Below, in pieces: positions 29,121 to 39,025 of a stretch of 64,000 nt of DNA. Positions within the stretch are counted from its first letter, which is position 1, and every line of letters starts with the position of its first letter. Source of the DNA: an uncultured Candidatus Rokubacteria bacterium (GTDB lineage Bacteria > Methylomirabilota > Methylomirabilia > Rokubacteriales > CSP1-6); contig CAVWFS010000019.1 in NCBI GenBank assembly GCA_963754315.1, positions 32,001 to 96,000 of the forward strand. The letters run 5' to 3'. The position numbers and the translations under genes were made by a program. The notes beneath the pieces are model-generated. The model made no database searches. It worked only from the letters and a program-made list of their open reading frames with translations, and was not told where the DNA came from.

Positions 29121-30446
29121 TTAAAGGCGCGCCAGCACCCGGGCTAGCGCGTTGATAAAGCGGTCGATATCGTCATCGGTCATGGCCAGCGAGCAGGCGC
29201 CCAGCCCGCGCGGGGTCAGCACAATGCCCTCGTTGAGGAGTCCCATGAAGATGCGGGTGGAGAGAAGCGGGTCTTGAGGGCGCGTGGAACGGTAGTCGGT
29301 CAATGGCTTGGCGGTCCAGTGCAGCCAGAAGAGCGAGCCCACTCCGGTCACCTGCCCCTTCCGACGCGTGGCCTCCAGCAGGCGCGCCACGCCACCCCGC
29401 AGACGCTCGCCCAGAGTGTCGAGCCTCGCGTAGGCGTCGGGGGAGAGTGCTTCAAGAGTGGCGAGGCCGGCCGCCATCGTGAGCGGGTTGGCATTGAAGG
29501 TCCCGCCCTGGCTGATGCGGGGGGCCCCGCCGCGTGGGTCGTAGAGACTCATCACGTCGGCACGGCCTCCGAAAGCCCCAACCGCCAGGCCGCCCCCGAT
29601 GATCTTGCCCAACGTGGTGAGGTCGGGGCGGACCGAGAAGTGCTCTTGGGCACCGCCCACTGCCACCCGAAACGTGATGACCTCGTCGAAGATGAGCAGC
29701 ACGCCGAGCCGCTCCGTCATGGCACGTAACCCAGCCAGAAAGCCCTCCGCCGGAGGGATCATTCCGGCGTTGGCGAGAAGAGGATCGACGATGACGGCCG
29801 CCAGGCTGGGCGCCTCCTTGGTCAGGATGGCTTCACAGGCCTCAAGGTTGTTCCACGGCAGCACCACGACGTTCTTGAGGATGGCTGGGGGCAGCCCGGC
29901 CGACCATGCTACCGACTTGGGCCGCTTGCGGCTCCCGGCCAGCTTGGGATCGGGCGTGACGCTCACCATCACCCAGTCGTGGGTGCCGTGAAACGCGCCC
30001 TCGAACTTTGCGATTTTCGGGCGGCCGGTGAAGGCGCGCGCCAGCCGTACCGCATTCATGGTGGCCTCAGTCCCGGAATTGGTGAAGCGCACCCGTTCGA
30101 TCGATGGCATGCGACGAGTAATAGCTTCGGCCAGACGGATCTCATGCTCCGTGGGACCCGGGAAGGAGAGCCCCGCGGCCGCCGTACGCTGCACGGCCTG
30201 CACGACGTCAGGAGTCGCGTGACCGAGGATGAGGCTCGTATAGTTGCCGTTGAAGTCGATCCGCTCGTTGCCGTCCTCGTCCCAGATGTGGGCACCCTGT
30301 CCTCGCTGGAGATAGAAGGGATAGGGATCGAAGAACGTCGTCGTGCGGCTGTTGCCGCCCGGCATGGCCCGGAGGGCCTCCTCAAAGAGCGCGCGCGACC
30401 GCCCGGTCTTGCCCGTGTACTCTGCGACTTCTCGCTCCATGTCCAT
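29121..30446 (-). CDS. Class III aminotransferase (GSA-aminomutase-like)
   Basis: FTNSGTEA, KFEGAFHG, LIFDEVITFR, DLTTLGKIIGGG, GTFNANP. Confidence 0.88.
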   Translation of the reverse strand: MDMEREVAEYTGKTGRSRALFEEALRAMPGGNSRTTTFFDPYPFYLQRGQGAHIWDEDGNERIDFNGNYTSLILGHATPDVVQAVQRTAAAGLSFPGPTEHEIRLAEAITRRMPSIERVRFTNSGTEATMNAVRLARAFTGRPKIAKFEGAFHGTHDWVMVSVTPDPKLAGSRKRPKSVAWSAGLPPAILKNVVVLPWNNLEACEAILTKEAPSLAAVIVDPLLANAGMIPPAEGFLAGLRAMTERLGVLLIFDEVITFRVAVGGAQEHFSVRPDLTTLGKIIGGGLAVGAFGGRADVMSLYDPRGGAPRISQGGTFNANPLTMAAGLATLEALSPDAYARLDTLGERLRGGVARLLEATRRKGQVTGVGSLFWLHWTAKPLTDYRSTRPQDPLLSTRIFMGLLNEGIVLTPRGLGACSLAMTDDDIDRFINALARVLARL

Positions 30447-30464
30447 GCCGTTCCTCCTTCTAGC

Positions 30465-31400
30465 CTAGACCAGAATCCGGGCCAGCGTCGCCTCGGCCTC
30501 GCCGAGGAGCGCGTGCGCCTCCTTCATGCTGATCGCGGCGAAGCGCACACGCTGGCCAGGTCTCACCTGTCCGAGACGACCGACGTCGAAGGAGCAAACG
30601 GTTGCCACCTTCGGGTAGCCGCCCGTGGACTGCCGGTCCACCAGTAACGCGATGGGCTGGCCATCGCCCGGGACCTGCAGGCTCCCAAGGGCAATCCCAT
30701 CGGAAATGATGTCGTGTCCGGCCTCGTGTCCGATGGCCGGGCCCCGCAGCCGCGCGCCCATGCGATCCGACTGAGGCAGCATCTCGTAGGCGTGTTCAAG
30801 CAGTGCCGCTACCCCTTCCCGCGTAAACCGGTGGGCCTGGGGTCCCAGCACCACCCGTAACACCGGTTCGTCCTCGAGCCCGAACGGCGGCGTGGTCGAA
30901 CGTATTTCAGGCGAGGCTGCTGGGAAAATGCGAAGCGTATCGCCCTTGCGCAGGGCGCGTCCTTCCAGTCCGCCTAGGCGGCCGCGGAGGTACGTCGAGC
31001 GTGATCCGAGGACGATCGGCACATCGAAGCCGCCTGAAAAGGCTAGGTACGCGCGTACACCGGCGCGCACCGGCCCCATTCGGACGACGTCGCCGGGTCT
31101 CACCGCGATCGTGGTCCAGGTAGGCGCCTCGTGTCCGTTGAGCGTGACCGGCATGACCGCCCCCGTCACTGCGATGGCGCCGACGGAGGCCACCTCGAAC
31201 CGCGGGCCTGCCAAGGTACACTCGAGGGCCGCTGCCGAGTCGGGATTGCCCACCAAGCGATTGGCCACGATGAACGCAACGCGATCCATGGGCCCCGAGG
31301 GAGGGATGCCGTACCGGAGCTGTCCAGGTCGTCCGAGATCTTGAACCGTCGTCTGCGGTCCTGCCTCCTGCACAGTGATGAACGGAGAGGCGGCGCCCAC
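30465..31400 (-). CDS. pxpC: 5-oxoprolinase subunit C (KipA/AHS2)
   Basis: TTVQDLGRPG, GPMD..A..ANRLVGN, SDRMG.RL, Q.TGGYPK. Confidence 0.9.
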   Translation of the reverse strand: MGAASPFITVQEAGPQTTVQDLGRPGQLRYGIPPSGPMDRVAFIVANRLVGNPDSAAALECTLAGPRFEVASVGAIAVTGAVMPVTLNGHEAPTWTTIAVRPGDVVRMGPVRAGVRAYLAFSGGFDVPIVLGSRSTYLRGRLGGLEGRALRKGDTLRIFPAASPEIRSTTPPFGLEDEPVLRVVLGPQAHRFTREGVAALLEHAYEMLPQSDRMGARLRGPAIGHEAGHDIISDGIALGSLQVPGDGQPIALLVDRQSTGGYPKVATVCSFDVGRLGQVRPGQRVRFAAISMKEAHALLGEAEATLARILV

Positions 31401-31402
31401 GT

Positions 31403-32137
31403 TTACCAGATCTTGGGCCGATACGTCCGAGCAGCTACCGTTGCCGCGATGAAGTCAAACTCATGGCGGTCGATTGGCCGAAAGTGGATGCGGTCGCCTG
31501 CCCGCAGCAAAACCGGCTCCTGCGCACCGGGATCGTAGAGAGCGAGGGGGGTACGGCCGAGGATCCAGTAGCCCCCTGGACTCTCCACGGAATATATACA
31601 GCACTGAATGCCCCCGATGCCCACGCTGCCAGCAGGCACCTTCGTGCGAGGCGTCGGCAGCCGTGGCAGGTGAATACGCTCTGGCATGCCGGTCATGTAG
31701 GGCAGTCCGGGGGTGAACCCGATGAAGTACAGGTGGTACGTCTCGCTCGCATGAAGGCGGACTACCTCGTCCGGGGACAGCGTGAGCCGCTCGGCTGCCG
31801 CCTGCAGATCAAGCCCGAACCCGGGATCGTAGCAGCACGGCAGCTCGACGTGCCGAGATGGCGGCAGGGCTACCTTGTCTGGCGGGACAAACAAGATGTC
31901 GATGGCATCGACCAAGGACTCGTAGCCGGTCATCAGCGGATCGTAGTAAACGAGTAATGACCGGAACGTGGGGACACACTCCACGACCCCGGGCACCCCT
32001 TTCTGCTGGATCAGATGCTCGAGAGTGCGAACGCGGGCGTTGACCTCGACACTGATCTCGTCGCCGACCTCGATGCACACCGCCCGGTCTCCAGCGGGGA
32101 AGAACGCAGGACGAGCTGAGTCGACCCGCACGCTCAC
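31403..32137 (-). CDS. pxpB: 5-oxoprolinase subunit B (KipI/AHS1)
   Basis: GDRA, VP.FRSLLVYYDP, GFTPG.PY, VPAGSVGIGG.Q..IY...SPGG. Confidence 0.9.
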   Translation of the reverse strand: MSVRVDSARPAFFPAGDRAVCIEVGDEISVEVNARVRTLEHLIQQKGVPGVVECVPTFRSLLVYYDPLMTGYESLVDAIDILFVPPDKVALPPSRHVELPCCYDPGFGLDLQAAAERLTLSPDEVVRLHASETYHLYFIGFTPGLPYMTGMPERIHLPRLPTPRTKVPAGSVGIGGIQCCIYSVESPGGYWILGRTPLALYDPGAQEPVLLRAGDRIHFRPIDRHEFDFIAATVAARTYRPKIW

Positions 32138-32922
32138 AACGCGGCCAGGGTCGCGTTCGGCAAGTCGGTGATGAACATGTGCCCCGGGCTGTGGGTGATC
32201 ATGAGGGGCGGCTTCGAGGCCAGAGCGACGGCTTGGGGTGTAACTCCACACGCCCAGAACACCGGAATGTCCCCGGGGTTGAAGGGCTGCGGATCTCCCC
32301 AGTCTGGACGGCCGATATCGCTGATGCCAAGAGCCGCTGGATCGCCCACGTGGATTGGCGCGCCATGGGCGTTGGGAAACCGCGCGCTGGCTGTCACTGC
32401 CTTGGCCAGCTGCGCTGCCGGGATCGGACGCATCGAGACGACCATGGGGCCATGGAAGACCCCAGCCGACCGACACTCGATGGACGTGCGCCACATGGCC
32501 ACATTCCTTCCGTGCTCCACGTGCCACAGACGGATCCCCGCCTCGAGGAGAGCCCACTCGAACGTGAAGGAACATCCGAGCAGGAAGGCCACCAGATCGT
32601 CGCGCCAGCACGCGGTGACGTCGGTCACCTCATCGGCGAGGACGCCGTCCTTATAAATGCGGTAGCGCGGGATGTCGGTCCGCAGATCGGCCCCTGGGGC
32701 CACTCCAACCGGCTCCGGTGAGCCCACGTCCGTCACCTCGATGAGAGGGCAAGGCCGGGGGTTGCGCTGGCAGAAGAGCAAGAAGTCGTAGGCGTGGTCT
32801 CTGGGAAGGACGGCCAGATTGGCTTGTACGAAGCCTTGGCCGAGGCCCGCGGTGACCCCCACTAGCTTCTTGCTGCGGATATCCCGACGTATCTCCCGGG
32901 GATGTCGCGTGTCGATCGGCAT
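32134..32922 (-). CDS. DUF1445/YcsI family putative hydro-lyase (D-glutamate cyclase-like)
   Basis: FCQRNPRPCPL, DLRTD.PRY, GCSFTFE, PVFWACGVTPQ, ITHSPGHM; GGAGGT RBS. Confidence 0.88.
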   Translation of the reverse strand: MPIDTRHPREIRRDIRSKKLVGVTAGLGQGFVQANLAVLPRDHAYDFLLFCQRNPRPCPLIEVTDVGSPEPVGVAPGADLRTDIPRYRIYKDGVLADEVTDVTACWRDDLVAFLLGCSFTFEWALLEAGIRLWHVEHGRNVAMWRTSIECRSAGVFHGPMVVSMRPIPAAQLAKAVTASARFPNAHGAPIHVGDPAALGISDIGRPDWGDPQPFNPGDIPVFWACGVTPQAVALASKPPLMITHSPGHMFITDLPNATLAAL

Positions 32923-32938
32923 CGTGACCTCCGTTATT

Positions 32939-33311
32939 ATGGGGGGCCTCGACAGGGCCCCCCAGGCCCCCCGGCGCTCGTCACGCCCCGGGTAACCCGG
33001 GGCCCTCCTCGGTCTCACGCTCGCCCCCGCGGCCTCGAACGGGCCCCCCAGGCCCCCCGGCGCTCGTCACGCCCCGGGTAACCCGGGGCCCTCCTCGGTC
33101 TCACGCTCGCCCCCGCGGCCTCGACAGGGCCCCCCAGGCCCCCCGCGCTCGTCACGCCCCGGGTAACCCGGGGCCCTCCTCGGTCTCACGCTCGCCCCCG
33201 GGCCTCGAAGGGCCCCCCAGGCCCCCCGCGCTCGTCACGCCCCGGGTCACCCGGGGCGCTCCTCGGTCTCACGCTCGCCCCCGCGGCCTCGACAGGGCCC
33301 CCCAGGCCCCC
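32939..33311 (+). repeat. Tandem array of double-hairpin element: 4 full units plus 1 partial
   Basis: GGCCTCGA at 32945, 33031, 33117, 33201, 33285 (periods 86, 86, 84, 84). Confidence 0.92.
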
Positions 33312-33348
33312 GCGGCGCATTCTTGCATACCTCCGGAACCGGCGGGGG

Positions 33349-34353
33349 TCACCGGGTAGCCGGGCGCAGGTGGCCGAGACGCGGTAGCAGGTCCTTGTTG
33401 GCTAGCACATGGGGCAACTCACCACGCAACACACGCAGCATCTCCCCGGCGACTTGCATGGCCATGGCCCGATTGGACTCCGCGGTGACGCCGGCGAGGT
33501 GGGAGCTGACGATGACATTCTCGAGATTGAAGAGCGGATTGTCGACCGAGCTCGGCTCGTCCTCGAAGACATCGAGGCCCGCCGCTGCCAGCTGTCCCCG
33601 GGTGAGCGCTTCGAACAAGGCACGCTCGTCCTGCACCGGCCCTCGCGACGTGTTGACGAAGATCGCGCCCTTCTTCATGAGACCCAGAGTCCGCGGATTG
33701 ATCATGGCGCGGGTCTCGGGAGTGAGTGGCGCGTGGCACGTCAGCACGTCAACCCGGGGAAGGAGCGCTTCCAGGCTCGTCACCGGCTCCGCACCGCGCC
33801 GCCGCACCTCCTCATCCACCAAATAGGGATCGTATCCCAACACGCGCATGCCGAACGCCGCCGCGAGCCTGGCCGTGATGCGCCCGATGTTCCCGACCCC
33901 GATGATCCCGAGCGTCTTGCCTTTCAGCTCGACGAGCGCGTGGAACCGTTCTGGCCCCCACTCGCCGGCGCGCGTCATCCGATCCACGCGTCGCGCCTGC
34001 TTGGCACAGCTCAGGATGAGCATCATGGCGTGCTCGGCGACAGACTGCGAGTTGGCGCCGGGCGCGTGGACGACGGCGATCCCCTGGCGGGTTGCCGCTG
34101 GCATGTCGACGGTGTCCAGGCCCGCGCCGTGGCGGCCGACCACCCTGAGCTTTGGACAGGCGGCCATCAGACTCTCGGTGCACGCGGGCTGGAGGAGGAA
34201 CAGGATCCCCTGCGCCTCGGCCGCGGCACTGACCATTGCCCCCTCGCTATTACCCTGGCAGATGACGACCCGCGCCTCACTCTCGAGCAGGGCGTGACCA
34301 TCCTGGTGAATTGGCTCGCTCACGACTACGAGTGGGCGCGGATCTGCGCTCAT
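33349..34353 (-). CDS. D-isomer-specific 2-hydroxyacid dehydrogenase (SerA-like, no ACT domain)
   Basis: RHGAGLD, N..SVAEH, GIIGVGNIG, NTSRG, LDVFEDEP, HLAG. Confidence 0.88.
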   Translation of the reverse strand: MSADPRPLVVVSEPIHQDGHALLESEARVVICQGNSEGAMVSAAAEAQGILFLLQPACTESLMAACPKLRVVGRHGAGLDTVDMPAATRQGIAVVHAPGANSQSVAEHAMMLILSCAKQARRVDRMTRAGEWGPERFHALVELKGKTLGIIGVGNIGRITARLAAAFGMRVLGYDPYLVDEEVRRRGAEPVTSLEALLPRVDVLTCHAPLTPETRAMINPRTLGLMKKGAIFVNTSRGPVQDERALFEALTRGQLAAAGLDVFEDEPSSVDNPLFNLENVIVSSHLAGVTAESNRAMAMQVAGEMLRVLRGELPHVLANKDLLPRLGHLRPATR

Positions 34354-34376
34354 GCAAGGGTCTCCTTCCGAGGAGC

Positions 34377-35630
34377 CTACTCGACCCGGATGGTGGCGAA
34401 CACCGACATACCCGTCCGGAGGGGCTGGGGATTCCCTGCCGCCCCATCTTCGAGGAGGATCTTGACGGGAATGCGTTGGACGACCTTCACCCAGTTGCCG
34501 GTGGCGTTCTCGGGGGGGAGCAACGAGAAGCGAGCCCCGGTCCCGGCGCTGATCGAGTGCACGGTGCCTCTGAACGCCCGACCGGGGTAACTGTCGATGG
34601 TGATCTCAGCCTTCTGGCCTGGCCGTACCCGGCCAAGCTGCGTTTCCTTGAAGTTGGCGACGACCCACACGTCATGCAGCGGGACGATAGCGAGCAAGGG
34701 CTGTCCCATCTGCACGACCTGGCCAAGCTCAGTCGTCCGCTTGGACACGATTCCATCGAGGGGAGCCCGAACCTCCGTGTACTGAAGTTGGAGGTCCGCA
34801 TGGGCGAGGTCGGCCTGCGCCTCCTTGAGCCGGGCCTCCGCCCGGCTCACCTCTGCTCCCTTGATATCGATGGTGTGCCGTCCGCTTTCTGAACGAGCAA
34901 GCGTCGCCCGGGCCTCCGCGACGCGCTGGTGGGCCTGGTCGACGGCGAGCCGTTTCGTCTTGAGCTCAGCCTCGGTCTGCTCAACTTCACGCTCCGTCTG
35001 CACGAGGCGTCTGCGCGTTGCGTCGAGGGTGGCCATGGCCGTCTCCATGGTGGAGTCAGCGGTATCGAAGTCGCGTTGCGCCACAAAGCCGCCCTTCACC
35101 AAGCGGTCCATGCGTTCGCGCTCCCGTCCCGCGTTGCGAGCGGAGCTCTCTACCCCGACAACCTCCGCTCGCATCGCGTCGGTGGCCGCTCGCTTGGCCT
35201 CCAGTCTGGCCCGGGCCTCCTCCACTGCCGCCTCCGCCGACCGGACGGCGACCTGCGCCGCTTCCAGGGCCGCTCGAGCCTGATCGATCTGGGCACTCGT
35301 GTCATCGCGGGCCAACGGCACTTCCGATCGGGCCGACCGGACCCCCGCCTCGGCGGTGGCGACGGCCGAGGCGGCCTGATGGCGACGTGCTTGATAGTCG
35401 CGCGGGTCGATGCGCAGCAACAGGTCGCCCTTCTTCACAGGCTGGTTGTCTTGGACGAGCAGCTCGGCTACGTGGCCGGGCACCTTGGCGCTGATGGAGG
35501 TGATGGAACCCTCCACGTAGGCGTCGTCGGTCGAGACGTAGACACGAGACTCGTACCAGCGGTAGCCGCCATAGGCAAGTACGACCACTCCCACCAGCAC
35601 CCCGACCGCCCAGAGGACGCGGCGCATCAC
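34377..35630 (-). CDS. HlyD/EmrA-family membrane fusion protein
   Basis: STDDAYV, VKKGDLL..IDP, long coiled coil, ANFKETQL, FSLLPPENATGNWVKVVQRIPV. Confidence 0.9.
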   Translation of the reverse strand: MMRRVLWAVGVLVGVVVLAYGGYRWYESRVYVSTDDAYVEGSITSISAKVPGHVAELLVQDNQPVKKGDLLLRIDPRDYQARRHQAASAVATAEAGVRSARSEVPLARDDTSAQIDQARAALEAAQVAVRSAEAAVEEARARLEAKRAATDAMRAEVVGVESSARNAGRERERMDRLVKGGFVAQRDFDTADSTMETAMATLDATRRRLVQTEREVEQTEAELKTKRLAVDQAHQRVAEARATLARSESGRHTIDIKGAEVSRAEARLKEAQADLAHADLQLQYTEVRAPLDGIVSKRTTELGQVVQMGQPLLAIVPLHDVWVVANFKETQLGRVRPGQKAEITIDSYPGRAFRGTVHSISAGTGARFSLLPPENATGNWVKVVQRIPVKILLEDGAAGNPQPLRTGMSVFATIRVE

Positions 35631-35659
35631 TCAGTCCCCAAGTCCAATCGCCTCATCGG

Positions 35660-35752
35660 CTATGCGTAGAGCCTGAAGACGCCGTACACGATTACGACTA
35701 TCACCAGCGCCGCACAGACCACCGTGAGGGTCGCTTGCTGGGCGACGCTCAC
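35660..35752 (-). CDS. Putative 30-aa single-TM small protein
   Basis: GTG..TAG encodes MSVAQQATLTVVCAALVIVVIVYGVFRLYA; below ORF-track cutoff. Confidence 0.45.
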   Translation of the reverse strand: MSVAQQATLTVVCAALVIVVIVYGVFRLYA

Positions 35753-35949
35753 GGTAGCGATCTCGCCTGCTCGACCACGGGCACCCCACGGCGAACCCTC
35801 TGGGAGAGCAGGGCCGCACCCAGACAGGTCAACCCGATAACATCAGGCGGCGGCGAGCGGCGCCAGGATCCTTCCACGGAGCATCGTCTGTGATCCTCCC
35901 GATCGGGTGGTGCGAGATGGAGGAGGCAGGACCTCCTCAGGGTGCCTCC

Positions 35950-35978
35950 GTAATACCGGGGGCCCGGGAGGAAGTCAA
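35950..35978 (-). promoter_or_regulatory. Sigma70-type promoter for the leftward operon
   Basis: TTGACT-N17-TATTAC on minus strand; divergent TGnTATAAG at 36008-36016 for bamD. Confidence 0.5.
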
Positions 35979-36031
35979 GAAGTCGAAAGGTTTTTCTGGA
36001 AGGATTGTGGTATAAGGATCGCCAATTTCCT

Positions 36032-36790
36032 ATGCGACGGCCCCTCTCGCTTCCGGTTCTCTTGCTTGGGCTGAGCCTGCTCTTGGTGGCAGGGTGCTCG
36101 TGGTTACGACCGACTCCCACGGCCATCTTGCCAGCGGACGAGCTTTACAAGCTCGGCGAGGAGAATCTCGACAAGCGCCTGTACGAGGAGGCGCGCGGGA
36201 ACTTCAGGAAGATCACCGAGCGCTATCCAGACTCGGCCTTCGCGCCCCGCGCCCGCTTCCTGTTGGGCGAGGCGTACTACCGCGAAGCGGAGTTCAACAA
36301 GGCCATCAAAGAGTTCGAAGTGTTCATGTCGTTCTACCCCCGGCACCAGATCGCAGATCTCGTTCAGTATCGGCTCGCCATGGGGTACTACGATCAAATG
36401 AAACCGGTGGAGCAGGATCAATCCATCACCACCAAGGCGCTCGACCAGTTCAAGAAGCTCGTCAAGGACTATCCGGAGAGTCGATACGCGACCGACGCCC
36501 TGGCCAAGATCGACATGTGTCGCGGACGGCTCGCCCAGAAAGAGCTGTGGGTGGCTAACTGGTACTTCACCCAGGGGAATCCGAGTGCTGCCCGTCAGCG
36601 TCTGGAGCTGATTCTCAAGGAATACCAGCGCACCTTGGTCGTCCCCGAAACCCTGTGGCTCCTGGCCGAGGTCAACGCGCGGGAGGGCAAGTCGCGCGAG
36701 GCCATTGAGCTTCTCCAGCGACTCTCGGCAGATTTCCCCCACACTGACTACGGCCGCCGCGCCGCTCAGCGACTGCGCGCACAGAGGTAG
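36032..36790 (+). CDS. bamD: Outer membrane assembly lipoprotein BamD
   Basis: Lipobox VAGC, TPRs, QDQS.T.KA...F..LV..YP.S.Y, LAQKEL.VA.WY. Confidence 0.9.
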   Translation: MRRPLSLPVLLLGLSLLLVAGCSWLRPTPTAILPADELYKLGEENLDKRLYEEARGNFRKITERYPDSAFAPRARFLLGEAYYREAEFNKAIKEFEVFMSFYPRHQIADLVQYRLAMGYYDQMKPVEQDQSITTKALDQFKKLVKDYPESRYATDALAKIDMCRGRLAQKELWVANWYFTQGNPSAARQRLELILKEYQRTLVVPETLWLLAEVNAREGKSREAIELLQRLSADFPHTDYGRRAAQRLRAQR

Positions 36791-36803
36791 GCCAGGGCAC
36801 CCC

Positions 36804-37850
36804 ATGCACGACCTCACCGATCTCCGCTCCGATACCCTCACCACTCCAACCCCGGAGATGCGCGAGGCCATGGCCCGCGCCGAGGTCGGGGATGACGTGT
36901 GGGGGGAGGATCCGACCGTGGCCCGACTGGAGGCGGTCGCTGCGGAGCGGCTGGGCAAGGAAGCGGGCCTGTTCGTGACGTCCGGGACCCAGGGTAACCT
37001 CGTCTGCCTGCTCGCTCACACCGAGCGCGGGCAGGAGGTCATCCTCGACGTCGATTCTCACATCTACAACTACGAAGTTGCCGGGGCTTCCCTCATCGGC
37101 GGCCTGCAAATGCGACCGGTCAAGACCGCGCGTGGCTTCGTCGACCCAGCCCAGGTCCGAGAGGCACTACGTCCGGCCAACATCCATCTTCCTGTGAGTG
37201 CGCTCGTCTGCCTCGAGAACACGCACAACCGGCACGGTGGAACGTGTTGTACGCCTGAGGAGATCCGTACGGTGGCTTGCGCGGCGCACGAGGCCGGCCT
37301 GCGCGTGCACTTGGACGGCGCGCGACTGTTCAACGCCGCCGTCGCCTTACACCGCCCGGCTCGGGAATTTGCGCACGAGGTCGATTCGGTGACGTTCTGC
37401 GTCTCCAAGGGCTTGGCGGCGCCCGTGGGATCCGTCGTGTGCGGGAGTGGGGACTTCATCGCCCGAGCCCGCCGATGGCGGAAAATGCTGGGCGGGGGAA
37501 TGCGTCAGGCGGGTGTCATCGCGGCCGCCGGCCTCGTGGCTCTCGAGCAGATGGTCGACCGTCTGGGGGAGGATCACGCTCACGCCAGGCTACTGGCGGA
37601 AGGGCTGGCTCGCTTACCGGGCATCCGGATCGATCTGGGTACCGTGCAGACCAACATCGTGATCGCAGGCATCGATGGTCCTGGCGCCCAGGCACGCACG
37701 GCGGCTCTGGTGCAGGGGTGCGCCGAGCGCAAGGTGAAGGTGCATGCGATGGGCCCGACGAGCATCCGCTGCGTGACCCACAAGGACGTCGATGCTGACG
37801 ACATCGCGCGCGCAATCGCAGCGTTCCGCGAGATCACAAGCGCCTGGTAA
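36804..37850 (+). CDS. ltaE: Low-specificity L-threonine aldolase
   Basis: [55 protein letters not shown]. Confidence 0.92.
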   Translation: MHDLTDLRSDTLTTPTPEMREAMARAEVGDDVWGEDPTVARLEAVAAERLGKEAGLFVTSGTQGNLVCLLAHTERGQEVILDVDSHIYNYEVAGASLIGGLQMRPVKTARGFVDPAQVREALRPANIHLPVSALVCLENTHNRHGGTCCTPEEIRTVACAAHEAGLRVHLDGARLFNAAVALHRPAREFAHEVDSVTFCVSKGLAAPVGSVVCGSGDFIARARRWRKMLGGGMRQAGVIAAAGLVALEQMVDRLGEDHAHARLLAEGLARLPGIRIDLGTVQTNIVIAGIDGPGAQARTAALVQGCAERKVKVHAMGPTSIRCVTHKDVDADDIARAIAAFREITSAW

Positions 37851-37893
37851 CGACGCCCACGAGACTGGTGCCGAGAAGGTCGTAACGTGAACT

Positions 37894-38016
37894 GGGGATC
37901 TGGGGCTCGTAAGCCCCAGTGTGAAAAACCGGAGGGGTCTGAAGGGGGCGTGACGCCCCCATCAGAACAAACGACGAGACACGGGTGAGGGCGTCGTGCC
38001 CCGCTTCGGTGTCTCG
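37894..38016 (+). repeat. Cluster of three GC-rich hairpins (two GGGG(A)TCTG-stem units)
   Basis: CTGGGGCT/AGCCCCAG, TCTGA.GGGGGCG/CGCCCCC.TCAGA, CGAGACAC/GTGTCTCG. Confidence 0.6.
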
Positions 38017-38040
38017 CCCCTCCAGTAATATGGAGGCGGC

Positions 38041-39018
38041 ATGGCCGAACGGCTCCTCGAAGTGAAGCGATTGAAGACGCACTTCTTTACTGACGAAGGC
38101 GTGGTGCGCGCCGTCGATGGCGTGGACTTCCACATCGACAAGGGCGAGACCCTCGGCATCGTGGGCGAGTCCGGCTGCGGCAAGAGCGTGACGGCGCTCT
38201 CGATCATGCGGCTCATTCCCCAGCCCCCGGGTCGGATCGTCGAGGGCGAGATTCTCTACAACGGCCGGAACCTACTCGACCTCACCCCCGCTCAGATTCG
38301 GAAGATCCGCGGCAAGGAAATCTCGATGATCTTCCAGGAACCCATGACCTCCCTCAATCCCGTCTTCACGTGTGGGGAGCAGATCGCGGAGGCCATTCGG
38401 CTCCATGAAGGCCTGGGGCGGCGGGACGCCATGGACAAGACCGTGGAGATGCTGCGGCTCGTGCACATCCCCAATGCGGAACGGCGCGTGAAGGAATACC
38501 CGCATCAGCTCTCGGGAGGCATGCGGCAGCGCATCATGATCGCTATGGCGCTGTCCTGCAATCCCAAGCTGCTGATCGCGGACGAACCCACCACGGCCCT
38601 CGACGTCACCATCCAGGCGCAGATCCTCGAGCTCCTGAACGAGCTGAAGGCCAAGCTCAACATGGCCGTCATGCTCATCACACACGACATGGGCGTCATC
38701 GCCGAGACCGCGCAGAGGGTGGTGGTGATGTACGCGGCCAAGGTGGCGGAGGAGGCCGAGGTGGGCGAGCTGTTCAAGGAGCCGCTTCACCCCTACACGC
38801 AGGGCCTTCTGCGCTCCATCCCCCGCATCGACCTCGCGGCCACCCAGCGTGTGCGGTTGCAGACTATTCCAGGCGTCGTGCCTACGTTGCGGGGCGAGGA
38901 AAAGCCGGGTTGCCGCTTCGCTCCACGCTGCTCGTTTGCCAAACCTATGCACTTCGAGAACACCCCGCCGCTGAAGGAAGTCCGGCCTGGTCACAAGGTC
39001 GCCTGCTTCCTGTATTGA
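38041..39018 (+). CDS. Peptide ABC transporter ATPase (DppD/OppD-like)
   Basis: [41 protein letters not shown]-terminal Cys motif. Confidence 0.92.
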   Translation: MAERLLEVKRLKTHFFTDEGVVRAVDGVDFHIDKGETLGIVGESGCGKSVTALSIMRLIPQPPGRIVEGEILYNGRNLLDLTPAQIRKIRGKEISMIFQEPMTSLNPVFTCGEQIAEAIRLHEGLGRRDAMDKTVEMLRLVHIPNAERRVKEYPHQLSGGMRQRIMIAMALSCNPKLLIADEPTTALDVTIQAQILELLNELKAKLNMAVMLITHDMGVIAETAQRVVVMYAAKVAEEAEVGELFKEPLHPYTQGLLRSIPRIDLAATQRVRLQTIPGVVPTLRGEEKPGCRFAPRCSFAKPMHFENTPPLKEVRPGHKVACFLY

Positions 39019-39025
39019 GGGTGCC

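Noticed and set aside
32939..33311. CRISPR array (also considered for 19673-19913)
   Set aside because: Whole units repeat with no unique spacers, and there are no cas genes in the window
35680..35975. SRP RNA, c-di-AMP or guanidine-I riboswitch upstream of emrA
   Set aside because: Only short word matches; no SRP helix-8 motif or complete riboswitch core; small ORFs and a promoter explain the region better
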